From Candidatus Poribacteria bacterium (lineage in GTDB: Bacteria > Poribacteria > WGA-4E > JAJDTR01): a DNA stretch of 64,000 nucleotides. Below the pieces are notes generated by a model. It was not told where the DNA came from. It worked only from the letters and a program-made list of their open reading frames with translations, and did not search any database. Position numbers and translations under genes: made by a program. The stretch spans positions 1,792,001-1,856,000 of the forward strand of contig CBDCTK010000002.1 in the NCBI GenBank assembly GCA_965222225.1. The letters run 5' to 3'. The first letter of the stretch is position 1; each line of letters begins with the position of its first letter. Positions 1-10,264 of this stretch are shown piece after piece.

Positions 1-627
1 CGTCTCTAAATCCAAGCCTGCCTTATGACCGTAAAGAAGTGACTCGCAAACCCCAATCATAGTCCCTGCAATCGCGATCTGGTTACACATTTTCGTGTGC
101 TGGCCAGCCCCTGCCCCTCCTTGATGCACGATGTTTTTCCCCATCGCTTCAAATAGAGGCATAACCGATTTGACGGCGTCTTCGTCGCCACCAACCATGA
201 TTGATAGACGTGCTTCTCTCGCACCAACATCACCGCCCGAAACGGGAGCATCAACAGACGCTATCCCCCGCGTCCTGGCTTGGTCGTATATTTCCTTCGC
301 CAACGAAGGTTCGGTCGTCGTCATATCGACGATAATTCTGCCCGACTTCGCCCCCTTGAGGATACCATTTTCACCCAAATAAACATCGCGAACATCCGGT
401 GGAAAGCCGACAATTGTGAAGATGACATCGGACGCGGCGGCGACCTCACGTGAGGAATCCGCCCATGTGGCACCGGCGTCAAGCAACGGTTGCGCTCTTT
501 CCTTCGTACGGTTGTGCACGGTTGCCGAATAACCGCAATCCATAAGGTGCTGACACATCCAACGCCCCATAACGCCGGTGCCAATCCATCCAATTTTCGT
601 TTCGCCGGGTGCTACAGTGATACTCAT
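1..627 (-). CDS. 3-hydroxyisobutyrate dehydrogenase / tartronate semialdehyde reductase family NAD(P)-dependent oxidoreductase (runs off window start)
   Basis: Manual translation MSITVAPGETKIGWIGTGVMG...DAPVSGGDVGA...GQHTKMCNQ; AAGGAG RBS; not in the ORF track because the stop is outside the window. Confidence 0.9.
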   Translation of the reverse strand, partial: MSITVAPGETKIGWIGTGVMGRWMCQHLMDCGYSATVHNRTKERAQPLLDAGATWADSSREVAAASDVIFTIVGFPPDVRDVYLGENGILKGAKSGRIIVDMTTTEPSLAKEIYDQARTRGIASVDAPVSGGDVGAREARLSIMVGGDEDAVKSVMPLFEAMGKNIVHQGGAGAGQHTKMCNQIAIAGTMIGVCESLLYGHKAGLDLET

Positions 628-882
628 AATTTGTCTCCTTTGAGGTTCATGTTTTCAAGATTTGGGATACGATGTGAAGTCAGTCTGACTTATGGGCAAA
701 AAAGCGGCGAAGCGTGATTTTCACCACTCACATGCTATAAATTATATCCCAATTCCATCCCACCACGAAATACTCACGTCAGACTAGCTTTCATGTTAGG
801 TCTTACACACTTAAACTCTAGTAGGGAGCGCAGATCCGCATTCTCTACAGTGCGCAAATGTAAATTTGAACGCGACATTAAA

Positions 883-1881
883 TCAAAGCCAACCATTATC
901 CAAATACCAACGGGCGGTCTCTTCGATTCCCTTTTCGAGCGGATGTTTGGCACAATAGCCAATTTCCTTCTCTGCCTTGGTGCTGTCGCAAATCCAATAC
1001 TGTTGTTTCAAATCAATCATCTTCTGGCGATTCAAAGTAGCAGGTTCGCCTGTGAATTTGGCGATAGCTTCCGTAAAGATGGCTACAACGTCCAACAGAA
1101 AAAATGTCACCCTTAGCGGAAGCGGCCGTTTTTTCAATTCTCCAGAGATAGCCTGCGCTACATCCCACCACGAATGAACGACGCCATCGGTCAGAAAGTA
1201 GGTTTCGCCCACGGCGCGATCGGAAACTGCAGCCGTGTGAATCCCGCCAACCAAATCCTTTACATACACAAGACTTAGTTGCCGCTGCGAATTGCCGATA
1301 ATCGGCAGTATTCCCTTCCTGACACACTGAAAAAACAAATAAATGTCTTTGTCGCGAGGGCCGTAAACCGCAGGTGGGCGGATGATTGTAATAGGCAACC
1401 GATCTGCATACTCACGTGTAATCGTCTCCCCTTTGAGTTTACTTCTTCCATAATCTGTCAGTGGTTGCGGCTGCGTGTCCTCAGATATTTGCCTGTCATC
1501 CGGGCTTGGACCGCTTGCTGCCAAGCTGCTGCAATAAAGGAATCGAGTTATGCCACGATTTTCCGCGAGACACGCCTCAATCAAGCGCTTCGTCGCTCCT
1601 GCATTTGCCCAATTGTATTCATCAGCATTGAACGCTTTGGTCAAACCGGCGAGGTGAAAGACGAGGTCAACGTCCTTCAGGGATGGTATTGGCGAATCAG
1701 GATTGCTAAGGTCGGCGGTCACCAGTTGAATACGCGGTAACTTTTCATCAAGTAGCGGCTGAAGCCACCGCAGATTGCTCGTTTCCCGAACCGTGCACGT
1801 TACCTGATAACCACAATTCACTAGCAGTTCCACCAAATGGCTGCCAATGAAGCCGGTGCCGCCCGTCACAAAAGCTCGCAT
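883..1881 (-). CDS. NAD-dependent epimerase/dehydratase (extended SDR)
   Basis: TGGTGFIG Rossmann motif, YGRSK catalytic motif. Confidence 0.9.
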   Translation of the reverse strand: MRAFVTGGTGFIGSHLVELLVNCGYQVTCTVRETSNLRWLQPLLDEKLPRIQLVTADLSNPDSPIPSLKDVDLVFHLAGLTKAFNADEYNWANAGATKRLIEACLAENRGITRFLYCSSLAASGPSPDDRQISEDTQPQPLTDYGRSKLKGETITREYADRLPITIIRPPAVYGPRDKDIYLFFQCVRKGILPIIGNSQRQLSLVYVKDLVGGIHTAAVSDRAVGETYFLTDGVVHSWWDVAQAISGELKKRPLPLRVTFFLLDVVAIFTEAIAKFTGEPATLNRQKMIDLKQQYWICDSTKAEKEIGYCAKHPLEKGIEETARWYLDNGWL

Positions 1882-1940
1882 AGCGGTTCAGCCTTCGAAT
1901 CCACCACAAAGTGGCACTCTAGGTGATAGATCATCGGAAC

Positions 1941-3122
1941 CTAGGAAGAAGTGTCTATTGATTTCTTCGCTTGCGTTTCCTTGTTAGATTGCCAATCCAG
2001 ATCCTTCGCAAGCTGGGACACCAGAACAATCCCTCCAACCACAACACCACAGTAGGTCGTGAAAAACCGAGTTAGTAACGAATATAATCCACCTGTATGT
2101 CCAACTAATAGGTTTTCCATAAAAATAACGGTCAAGACTTCAGCAATTCCACTTGCGCCCGGGCTAGGCGCAAACAGCGTGACAAAGTGTAAAATCGATT
2201 GTATTGCGATTACATGCCAGAAAGGCGCGTCTCCGCCCAATGCTCGAACGATGACATATCCACCCGTGAATCTGCTTGCATAAATCCCTGCTGTACACAA
2301 AAAACTGACGACACAAACTCCTTTGTGGTCGGTAATGAACATTCGAGTGAACGTTGCGTGTTCCGTGATGAGTTTGCCAAGCGTCGTAACCAGTCGATTG
2401 AGAACCTTTGTGGCGAAGTGGAACCCCCGTCGATCGGGAAATCGGATGAGTGTCAGCGGAATGAGGAAAACTTTCGGCTTCACCGCCATGAGGAGAAAAA
2501 ACGAAAGGAAAAGCGCGAACATCAACAGAGTGTACCGACTAACAAGCGTGACTCCTTTGGGAAGGAAGTCTGGCGCTTGCCAAGCTACGTAAGCGGCGGA
2601 AAGGAAAAGGAATATAAGTGTTCCGGTGAAAGAGATAATCCCCGCAGTAATACAGCCAGCTACCGGCACCCCAACACGACTGTAAATATATATGTGGCCT
2701 ACACCGCCAGTTTGAAAAGGTGTGATGCCTCCTACGCAGATAGTTGCCAAATTCGCGCGAATGCCATCAAGGAAGGTGAGTCCAGTCGTCATTTTCCGGC
2801 AAAAGATATGGATACGCGCTCCTCCGAATAGCCAATCAACCAGCATGCAGAGTGCCGCAAGAAGGATGTATTTCCCCTGTAAAGATCTAAGGTCCGCACC
2901 GATGTTTTTAGTGTCACTCCAAAAAAAGCTAGCGCATAATCCGATAACCGTACATAGACCGAAAAACAGAAATCCGCGTGTGATATTTTTTCGGCTAAGG
3001 GATCGACTCAAGAACTCTTGCATTGATGATTCAACGGGTTCCTTCCAGACAATTCGTCGCCTCCGAATGTGCTTAATCTGCGTTCCTGAATCGGTCTTGA
3101 ACAAGGGAACCAGCTTTCCCAA
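1941..3122 (-). CDS. Lysylphosphatidylglycerol synthase TM-region / flippase-like membrane protein (start uncertain)
   Basis: Multiple TM helices; ITPFQTGG and PSPGASGIAE motifs. Confidence 0.75.
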   Translation of the reverse strand: MGKLVPLFKTDSGTQIKHIRRRRIVWKEPVESSMQEFLSRSLSRKNITRGFLFFGLCTVIGLCASFFWSDTKNIGADLRSLQGKYILLAALCMLVDWLFGGARIHIFCRKMTTGLTFLDGIRANLATICVGGITPFQTGGVGHIYIYSRVGVPVAGCITAGIISFTGTLIFLFLSAAYVAWQAPDFLPKGVTLVSRYTLLMFALFLSFFLLMAVKPKVFLIPLTLIRFPDRRGFHFATKVLNRLVTTLGKLITEHATFTRMFITDHKGVCVVSFLCTAGIYASRFTGGYVIVRALGGDAPFWHVIAIQSILHFVTLFAPSPGASGIAEVLTVIFMENLLVGHTGGLYSLLTRFFTTYCGVVVGGIVLVSQLAKDLDWQSNKETQAKKSIDTSS

Positions 3123-3153
3123 GAACTCGGCTTTGCCAATAATTCCTCCCTCG

Positions 3154-3993
3154 CTAAAATATTTCTAGGTCTAAACTTATATCTAGCGGTGTTGCTGAGT
3201 GCGTTAGTGCGCCAACGGAAATGAGATTTACACCCGTCATGGCGACAGCCTCGACCTTATCCAACGTGATTCCTCCCGACGCTTCCGTGATGGCTCTGCC
3301 AGCGACCTTCGCAACAGCTGTCTCCATCAAGTCGACGGGCATATTATCGAACAATAAAATATCGGCTCTGGCTCGCAGCGCTTCTTCAACCTGATCCAAG
3401 GTTTCCACCTCAATCTCAATCTTTGAGGTATGCGGTGCAATAGATCGGGCTTGCTCCACGGCTTGAGCGATGCCTCCAGCGGCAATAATGTGGTTATCCT
3501 TAATCAGAATACCGTCGTACAGTCCAAAGCGGTGGTTAGATCCACCGCCTACTCGGACAGCATACTTTTGAATTGTCCGCCAACCTGCCGTTGTTTTACG
3601 AGTGTCGATAATCTTAACAGGGTACCCAGCCGTGGCAGCAACAAACTCTGCGGTTAATGTCGCCGTACCCGAAAGGCGCTGCAGAAAGTTGAGAACAATA
3701 CGCTCAGCGGTGAGGATGGATGTCGCCGCGCCGACTACACCGGCAATCGGAGTCGTCTCTTGCACGGAGTGACCGTCGGAAACAAACGACTCGAATTGGA
3801 GAGACGGATCAATCTTGTCAAATACACGTTCGGCAATTGGTATCCCTGCAATGATACCGCTGCCGTGCACAGTGATAGTGCCTCTTGCAATCTGAGCATT
3901 CGAAATCGTAGATTCGGTTGTAATGTCGCCGGAGCCGACATCCTCTACGATCGCTAACTCAATCAAGGGATCGATTAACCGAAAGTTCAACAT
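3154..3993 (-). CDS. nadC: Quinolinate phosphoribosyltransferase
   Basis: DTRKT, HRFGLYD, IKDNH, EASGGI, ISVGALTH motifs; ATG at 3993 chosen over TTG at 4014. Confidence 0.95.
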   Translation of the reverse strand: MLNFRLIDPLIELAIVEDVGSGDITTESTISNAQIARGTITVHGSGIIAGIPIAERVFDKIDPSLQFESFVSDGHSVQETTPIAGVVGAATSILTAERIVLNFLQRLSGTATLTAEFVAATAGYPVKIIDTRKTTAGWRTIQKYAVRVGGGSNHRFGLYDGILIKDNHIIAAGGIAQAVEQARSIAPHTSKIEIEVETLDQVEEALRARADILLFDNMPVDLMETAVAKVAGRAITEASGGITLDKVEAVAMTGVNLISVGALTHSATPLDISLDLEIF

Positions 3994-4017
3994 ATGCGTT
4001 AAACTAGTCAACAATAT

Positions 4018-4208
4018 TCAGGGACGATTGCCCGACGTGATAACGTGGAAAAAACTAACCGTGTGTTGCTTGGAGGTGACACCCGTTGTTTGGTCCTTCG
4101 ACTCACTCCACGTTGCCGACGCGCAAACTATCAATCGGTATCTCTCGGTACCCCTAGAAACCGAGAGGTTTTCCGTTCGCATTTCTAGGAGGATGCTCCC
4201 TAACAATC
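4018..4208 (-). promoter_or_regulatory. Structured 5' leader upstream of nadC (candidate cis-regulatory RNA)
   Basis: Several complementary segments and a possible pseudoknot (see finding). Confidence 0.4.
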
Positions 4209-4214
4209 CGTCTC

Positions 4215-4242
4215 ATTTTACGCTTGTGCAAATTACCGGCAA
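4215..4242 (-). promoter_or_regulatory. Sigma70-type promoter for nadC
   Basis: TTGCCG-N16-TAAAAT on the minus strand. Confidence 0.5.
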
Positions 4243-4261
4243 CTCGTGACATCTAGGAAAA

Positions 4262-6043
4262 TCAGAGAGGCCATACGAGAGGTGTGATGAGTATTGCTGT
4301 ACCGCCGACCAGCACATCTAACGGAAGTCCGATTCGCAGATAGTCACTGAAGCGATAGCCGCCGGGGCCATAAACCATCAAGTTGGTCTGATACCCTAGC
4401 GGTGTGGCAAAACTTGCCGACGCTGCGACCATTGTCACGATAACAAACGGCATGAAATTCACGCCAAGATTATCAGCTGTCGCGATTGCAATCGGGAAAA
4501 CGAGCACAGCCGCTGCAACGTTGGTTAGAGTTTCGGTGAACAACAAAGTGATGACATATACCACAGCCAACACAAGCAGCGGCTTTTGGCCCGCCATCGC
4601 GATGAGAGATTGCGCAATCGCGCCGGCTATTCCAGAGTTTTGCATAGCGTGGCCAATTCCTATCGATGCCGCAATGACTAGCAAGACCTGCAAATTGATG
4701 CTGCGCCTTGCAGTTGCCACCGAGCAGCAACCAGTCAAGAGCATGAGCCCAGCCGCTAGGAGTGCGGCATTCAGCATGAGTTCGGGTTGGATGACCACAA
4801 CTGCAACCATGCCTATCAGAAGCCCCGATGCCATCAAGGCATGGCTATGGCGCCGCGGGTTAGAATCTTCCACTTGGCTCACTAAGAAGAAATCGCGTGA
4901 ATTTCGCTGCTGCGTCCCAAACGATGGGTGTGTTTCCAACAGTAAGGTGTCGCCTGCCCTCAATACGATGTCTCCAATTTTCCCACGGATGCGTTCGCCA
5001 TTTCGAGCGACGGCAATAACCACGGCATTGTAAGTTGAACGAAATTGCCCCTCGCGAATTGTTTGGCTAACGAGCGGACAAGTGTTCGAGACGACGGCTT
5101 CAATAAGGCATCGCTCGGACCTTGGCGTGTCAAGTTTGAAAATCTGATCTGTAGCGGGGGTTAAGCCGGGCATTTTTTGCAAACTGACAACCGATTCGAC
5201 AATCCCAACAAAGATGAGGCGGTCTTTCGCCCGAAGCCGTTCCTGCGGTGAAACAGCAACCATCACTTGACCGTCACGGTCAATTTCCATCAAGTACAGT
5301 CCTTCGAGATGCCGCAATCCCGCTTGTTCAATTGTTTGGCCGACAAGGGAACTACCATCTTCCACAAGCATCTCAACCGTATACTCTCGCGGATCGGCTG
5401 TTCGGCGAAGCACCGGGCGCCTTTCGGGCAATAACCACCGGCTAAATATCACCGTGAATATTGTTCCTATCAACGCGCAGGGTAACCCGACCTTCGTTAT
5501 GTCGAACATCCCGAGGCTCTGTTCTCCCCACTCTACCAGCAAGCCATTGACCACCAAATTGGTGCTTGTGCCAATCAGCGTGCACATACCTCCAAGAATC
5601 GCCGCGTAGCTAAGCGGTATCAGCAGTTTGGACACCGATAAGCGATTCTGTTTCGCCCATTCATCAACCGCTGGTAGGAGTGTCGCAACAACGGGAGTGT
5701 TGTTCAGAAATGCACTGGTGGTTGCGACAGGTAACACGATGCGCAGAAGTGCCGCCGAGAGCGATTTGGGACGTCCTAACAAGTGTCGAACAATCAGATT
5801 AATGACACCCGTCTCACGTAATGCGGCGCTGACGACGAAAAGCACCCCGACCGTAATCATTCCCGGGTTGGCAAACCCTGAAAAGGCTTCGGCAGGCGTG
5901 AGAATCCTTGTTGTCAACAATAGGATTAAGCCGCCAAGTAGGATTGCATCCGGACTGATGCGCGTGAAAATTAACAAATTGAGCACTAATGCAACGACAG
6001 CCAGCGTTATCCAAGCGTCCCAGCCCAATGTTTCCCAGCCCAT
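4262..6043 (-). CDS. SLC13/CitMHS-type permease with TrkA-C (RCK_C) domains
   Basis: SAFLNNTPVV, LIGTSTNL and ATPLGYQTNLMV motifs; start at MGWETL, upstream ORF extension looks non-coding. Confidence 0.9.
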   Translation of the reverse strand: MGWETLGWDAWITLAVVALVLNLLIFTRISPDAILLGGLILLLTTRILTPAEAFSGFANPGMITVGVLFVVSAALRETGVINLIVRHLLGRPKSLSAALLRIVLPVATTSAFLNNTPVVATLLPAVDEWAKQNRLSVSKLLIPLSYAAILGGMCTLIGTSTNLVVNGLLVEWGEQSLGMFDITKVGLPCALIGTIFTVIFSRWLLPERRPVLRRTADPREYTVEMLVEDGSSLVGQTIEQAGLRHLEGLYLMEIDRDGQVMVAVSPQERLRAKDRLIFVGIVESVVSLQKMPGLTPATDQIFKLDTPRSERCLIEAVVSNTCPLVSQTIREGQFRSTYNAVVIAVARNGERIRGKIGDIVLRAGDTLLLETHPSFGTQQRNSRDFFLVSQVEDSNPRRHSHALMASGLLIGMVAVVVIQPELMLNAALLAAGLMLLTGCCSVATARRSINLQVLLVIAASIGIGHAMQNSGIAGAIAQSLIAMAGQKPLLVLAVVYVITLLFTETLTNVAAAVLVFPIAIATADNLGVNFMPFVIVTMVAASASFATPLGYQTNLMVYGPGGYRFSDYLRIGLPLDVLVGGTAILITPLVWPL

Positions 6044-6642
6044 ACCAAAAGTCCTCGGAAGTGATGCGTAAGAGAGAGCATAGCACCTGAGCCGTGTATT
6101 GTCAAGGATTTTTGGGGCAATCAATCCTTGCGTTTCACCTCCTTTTCTGATACACTTTTGTTCTTGTGCATTCGCACGCCCATAGCTTGTTTGAACAACA
6201 GACGGCAAAATCATTCTTGGTCTTTCGAAGAGGACTTTTTTATGTTTTTTTTGGTTCCTACGATACACCTTGAAGGCAAGAGAGCAATCGGAGACTTGAT
6301 AGTCCCCAATCATCATCGATTTGGGAATCGAAGATGGTTTCGTCGTGGAGCCCAGGCCCATAGTGTATAGTCGGGTTTCACGATAGATGCTTGGCACGAC
6401 AGTCTACTTGAAAAACAGTGGCACTATTTGGATTGATAGCTTATGATATCGTCTGTTCAATCGACCTACAAAACTAATCGCACATCCATTCTTTGATTCC
6501 CGAGAGCTACTAGCTTTTTGCGTCCATTACGCAAGTTACGACTACCTTGCGTTTCACACTTATCTGAAGTGCCGAGTCCCGCAAATGCGTACAGAAGACA
6601 TTCCCCGAACCAACTCCCTTCTCTCGCTCCACATCCCCACTT

Positions 6643-8094
6643 ATGACTCCTAAGAACTCGTTTACCCGTTTCATCTTTATCTTGGTTGACGGTTCACCGT
6701 ATCACATATTTAAAGATTTGGTCAGCGATGGTACCCTTTCAAACATCAAGAAGTATGTAATAGATCGAGGCTCATTCAAAAAAGCCGTTTCCACATTTCC
6801 ATCAGCAACAGGTCCCGCCTTTATTCCTTTCTTTATGGGGCTTTTTCCAGGCACTGCAAATATGCCCGGTCTTCGCTGGTTGTCTAAGCGGCAGTTCCAG
6901 AATCCTCACCGATTCCGCAGTCCGGGGATATGCAGTTACATGGGGCTTGATAGTCTTTCCTTCACGGAAGATTTGCCGCGCAAGCCTACGCTGTTTGATT
7001 TTTTTTCACCGGTGAGTAACATCTACAATCTATTGACCCGCGGTTGTCCATCATCTCGAAACCGAACCCGTTGGATTAAACCACTGGTCTACACATACGC
7101 GCATTTTTCCCATAAATGGCGGTTTGTGAATACCATCGCCTCTCGAAAGCTATTGAAAGCAGTTAAAGCGGGCGATGAATTTGTGATGTGTCTCTTCCCC
7201 GGAGTGGATACGTTCTCCCATCTGTCGCATACGACATCCGCCCGCGTCCTTGATACCTATCGGGAAATAGACAAAACTGTCGGAGACGTTTGTCACATTT
7301 TGCAAGAATCAAATGACTTTGACAATACGCTGATTATGATTACAAGCGACCACGGAATGAGTAATACACACACGCATATTGATCTTCCACGCCATTTGGA
7401 AAATACGGGTTTGCGATGTCTCCATTATCCCCTGCTCTGGAGGCAACAAGCCGAATCCGCCAGCATGGTTTCGGGGAACGGGATGGCGCACGTCTATTTC
7501 AAGGGAGAAAACAAAGAGACCGGTGCGACGGGCAAGTTGCAGAAAGGCTGGGGTGAGCGCCTGTCAACTGAGCAACTTAACGGTATGGGCGTCATCGATC
7601 CGCTCTTAGATCTTGAAGGACTTGATTTCGTTGCGGGACAAAGCGAGAACAAAAGCATTATCGTAAAGAAGAAGACAGGTCAAGGGACAATTACCCGTCA
7701 AAACGCGGCTTTTTCGTATGAATTTCGAGGGACCGACCCGCTAGGATACGGGACATTTTATGAAAACATATCGTATCGTGAGGCGCTCAATCAAACCTAC
7801 GATACCGAATACCCGGACGGCTTAGTACAACTGTGGCAGATTTTCCAAGGCGACCGGACAGGAGATCTCGTACTAAGCGCCCAACCCGGCTATGACTTAC
7901 GCGCACGCTATGAATTTCCGGAACATCACGCAACCCATGGCGCATTGCATGCGCAACAGATATTGGTGCCGCTCGCAATCAATGTACCTCTTGAGACAGA
8001 ACACATTCGCACCGTTGACCTGTTCCCCACCGTCTTGAGTCACTTCGGGCACACAGTCGAACCAAGTCAGATTGATGGACTGCTTGTTCACTAA
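6643..8094 (+). CDS. Alkaline phosphatase superfamily / nucleotide pyrophosphatase-phosphodiesterase
   Basis: LVDG, FPSATGP (Thr nucleophile), DTFSH, TSDHG, THG motifs. Confidence 0.85.
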   Translation: MTPKNSFTRFIFILVDGSPYHIFKDLVSDGTLSNIKKYVIDRGSFKKAVSTFPSATGPAFIPFFMGLFPGTANMPGLRWLSKRQFQNPHRFRSPGICSYMGLDSLSFTEDLPRKPTLFDFFSPVSNIYNLLTRGCPSSRNRTRWIKPLVYTYAHFSHKWRFVNTIASRKLLKAVKAGDEFVMCLFPGVDTFSHLSHTTSARVLDTYREIDKTVGDVCHILQESNDFDNTLIMITSDHGMSNTHTHIDLPRHLENTGLRCLHYPLLWRQQAESASMVSGNGMAHVYFKGENKETGATGKLQKGWGERLSTEQLNGMGVIDPLLDLEGLDFVAGQSENKSIIVKKKTGQGTITRQNAAFSYEFRGTDPLGYGTFYENISYREALNQTYDTEYPDGLVQLWQIFQGDRTGDLVLSAQPGYDLRARYEFPEHHATHGALHAQQILVPLAINVPLETEHIRTVDLFPTVLSHFGHTVEPSQIDGLLVH

Positions 8095-8115
8095 TCTAGT
8101 CTCGTTTGGCAATCT

Positions 8116-9720
8116 ATGGGGTTCATCGTAGGAACGAATTCTCTGCCAATCAGGCCTAGTATTAGAAGAGGAGACAATCTATTGGAAGCTAAATTAAGGG
8201 AACTCAAAACCTATCTTGTTGAAGTTGATGATTTGCAGTCCGCAGCAGCTTTGATGTATTGGGACCAATCAACTTACATGCCATCAGGGGGTGCCGCAGC
8301 GCGCGCACGCCAAACCGCAACCTTGAGCCGCCTCGCTCATGAGAAATTCACGGCGCCGGCACTCGGCAAACTCCTCGATCAACTTCAACCGTACGAAGAA
8401 CAACTGCCGTATGACTCGGACGATGCCAGCTTAATTCGCGTGACCCGACGCGAATATGAACGCGCGATCAAAGTTCCGCCAACGTTTATGCAAAAACTGT
8501 ATAGTCACTCCTCCGAATCCTATCAAGTATGGACCGAAGCTAGACCGGCGAATGACTTTAGCATGGTGCAGCCTTACCTCGAAGAAACACTCGCGATGAG
8601 CCGTCAGTTAGCTGAATTCTTTCCGGGATACGAGCACATCGCAGATCCACTGATCGACTTTAGCGACTACGGTATGAAGGCCTCAGACGTACGGTGTATT
8701 TTTTCCGAATTACGTAATCGACTCGCGCCCATTGTTGAGGCAATTACCGCGCAATCTCCCGCGGATGACTCTTGCCTACATCAAACTTTTCCGGAAGAGC
8801 AGCAATTGAGGTTTGGAATCGAAACTATCAAATTCCTTGGCTACGACTTTGGACGCGGGCGACAGGACAAAACTCATCACCCATTTATGACAAAATTCTC
8901 TCTGGGTGATGTTCGCATTACGACTCGTTCAAAAGAGGATGATTTAAGTGATGCACTCTTTAGTACAATGCATGAAGCCGGACACGGGATGTACGAACAA
9001 GGAATCCGTATGGAATTTGACGGAACGCCACTCGCCAACGGCACGTCCTCCGGAGTCCACGAAAGCCAGTCACGCCTGTGGGAAAATGTTGTAGGGCGGA
9101 GCAAGAGATTCTGGAACTGTTTCTATCCCAAGCTCCAAGCGGAATTTACCGATCAACTCGGCTCCGTATCCTTGGAGACTTTCTATCGTGCAATTAACAA
9201 AGTAGAGAAATCGCTAATCCGCACAGATGCCGACGAAGTGACCTATGACCTACATGTACTGCTGCGGTTCGATCTAGAGTTGGATTTGCTGGAGGGGGTA
9301 ATAAAGGTGGCGGACTTGCCGGAATCGTGGCGGGAGCGTTTTCAAGCTGATTTTGGGATTGTCCCCCCGGATGACCGGGACGGCGCCCTGCAGGATGTCC
9401 ATTGGTACGCCGGAACAATCGGTGGAGCGTTTCAGGGATATACATTGGGCAATATCCTTAGCGCGCAGTTCTTCGCGAGCGCGCTAGACAACCATCCGGA
9501 GATACTCTCGGAGATTGAGACTGGTGAATTTGGCACGCTGCTCCGGTGGCTGAAAGAGAACATCTATCAACACGGGAGTAAATTCACCGCCTCCGAACTC
9601 GTTCATCGCGTTACTGGTGGTTCACTACAGATTGAACCTTATATCTCCTACCTGCGGCAGAAATACGGTGACTTGTATAAGCTGCCCTCCGAAGAATCTC
9701 TGGCGAAGGATGTTGATTGA
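8116..9720 (+). CDS. Carboxypeptidase, M32 family (true start probably ~8182)
   Basis: HEAGH, HPF, HESQSRLWEN, IRTDAD and QDVHW motifs. Confidence 0.95.
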   Translation: MGFIVGTNSLPIRPSIRRGDNLLEAKLRELKTYLVEVDDLQSAAALMYWDQSTYMPSGGAAARARQTATLSRLAHEKFTAPALGKLLDQLQPYEEQLPYDSDDASLIRVTRREYERAIKVPPTFMQKLYSHSSESYQVWTEARPANDFSMVQPYLEETLAMSRQLAEFFPGYEHIADPLIDFSDYGMKASDVRCIFSELRNRLAPIVEAITAQSPADDSCLHQTFPEEQQLRFGIETIKFLGYDFGRGRQDKTHHPFMTKFSLGDVRITTRSKEDDLSDALFSTMHEAGHGMYEQGIRMEFDGTPLANGTSSGVHESQSRLWENVVGRSKRFWNCFYPKLQAEFTDQLGSVSLETFYRAINKVEKSLIRTDADEVTYDLHVLLRFDLELDLLEGVIKVADLPESWRERFQADFGIVPPDDRDGALQDVHWYAGTIGGAFQGYTLGNILSAQFFASALDNHPEILSEIETGEFGTLLRWLKENIYQHGSKFTASELVHRVTGGSLQIEPYISYLRQKYGDLYKLPSEESLAKDVD

Positions 9721-9733
9721 AAGGAGTAACGAG

Positions 9734-10264
9734 ATGGGGCAGTTTAGATGTGCGTTGTTTTTGTTGAGCTACGTGCTAACGCTTGCGGCGTGTGGGGGAG
9801 TCAAACTCATCGACGTGCAAAAGAGCGCTGCGGTGCTCAACCTATCTCCTGAGCAAAGAGAAATCGTTGAACCCAAAATTGCATTCATTACTGATATTGT
9901 CGAAGATTACAACTTTGAAAGGGATGAGCTAGAGTTAGCTTATCAGCGATATCGGAGTGAGGCAAACCTGCCGCCGTTAAGTCGATATGAAGGTGGAGGT
10001 AGGCAAACGATGCGACAGATCTATCGTGAACAAAATGAATTGAGAACGAAAATTAGGGATTTTGCCCAGCAACGTCAGCAATACATAAAGGAAATTTCGA
10101 ATCTTATTCAAGAAATTCGAGCAACTCTTACGCCCCGGCAACTCACGACGCTTGAGGAGATTGAATTTCCCAAGCTGAAACTCCCGAATATTCTTCGACG
10201 CAGTCACTATAACGACTTTTTGTTTATTCCCGGAACACGAATGGGAAGCCCGCGTGATTTCTAG
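9734..10264 (+). CDS. Hypothetical helical lipoprotein
   Basis: AAGGAG RBS; LAAC lipobox; coiled-coil-like body. Confidence 0.7.
   Translation: MGQFRCALFLLSYVLTLAACGGVKLIDVQKSAAVLNLSPEQREIVEPKIAFITDIVEDYNFERDELELAYQRYRSEANLPPLSRYEGGGRQTMRQIYREQNELRTKIRDFAQQRQQYIKEISNLIQEIRATLTPRQLTTLEEIEFPKLKLPNILRRSHYNDFLFIPGTRMGSPRDF

Noticed and set aside
6044-6397. N-terminal extension of the SLC13 permease in the ORF track
   Set aside because: Not protein-like; the family starts at the first TM helix near 6043
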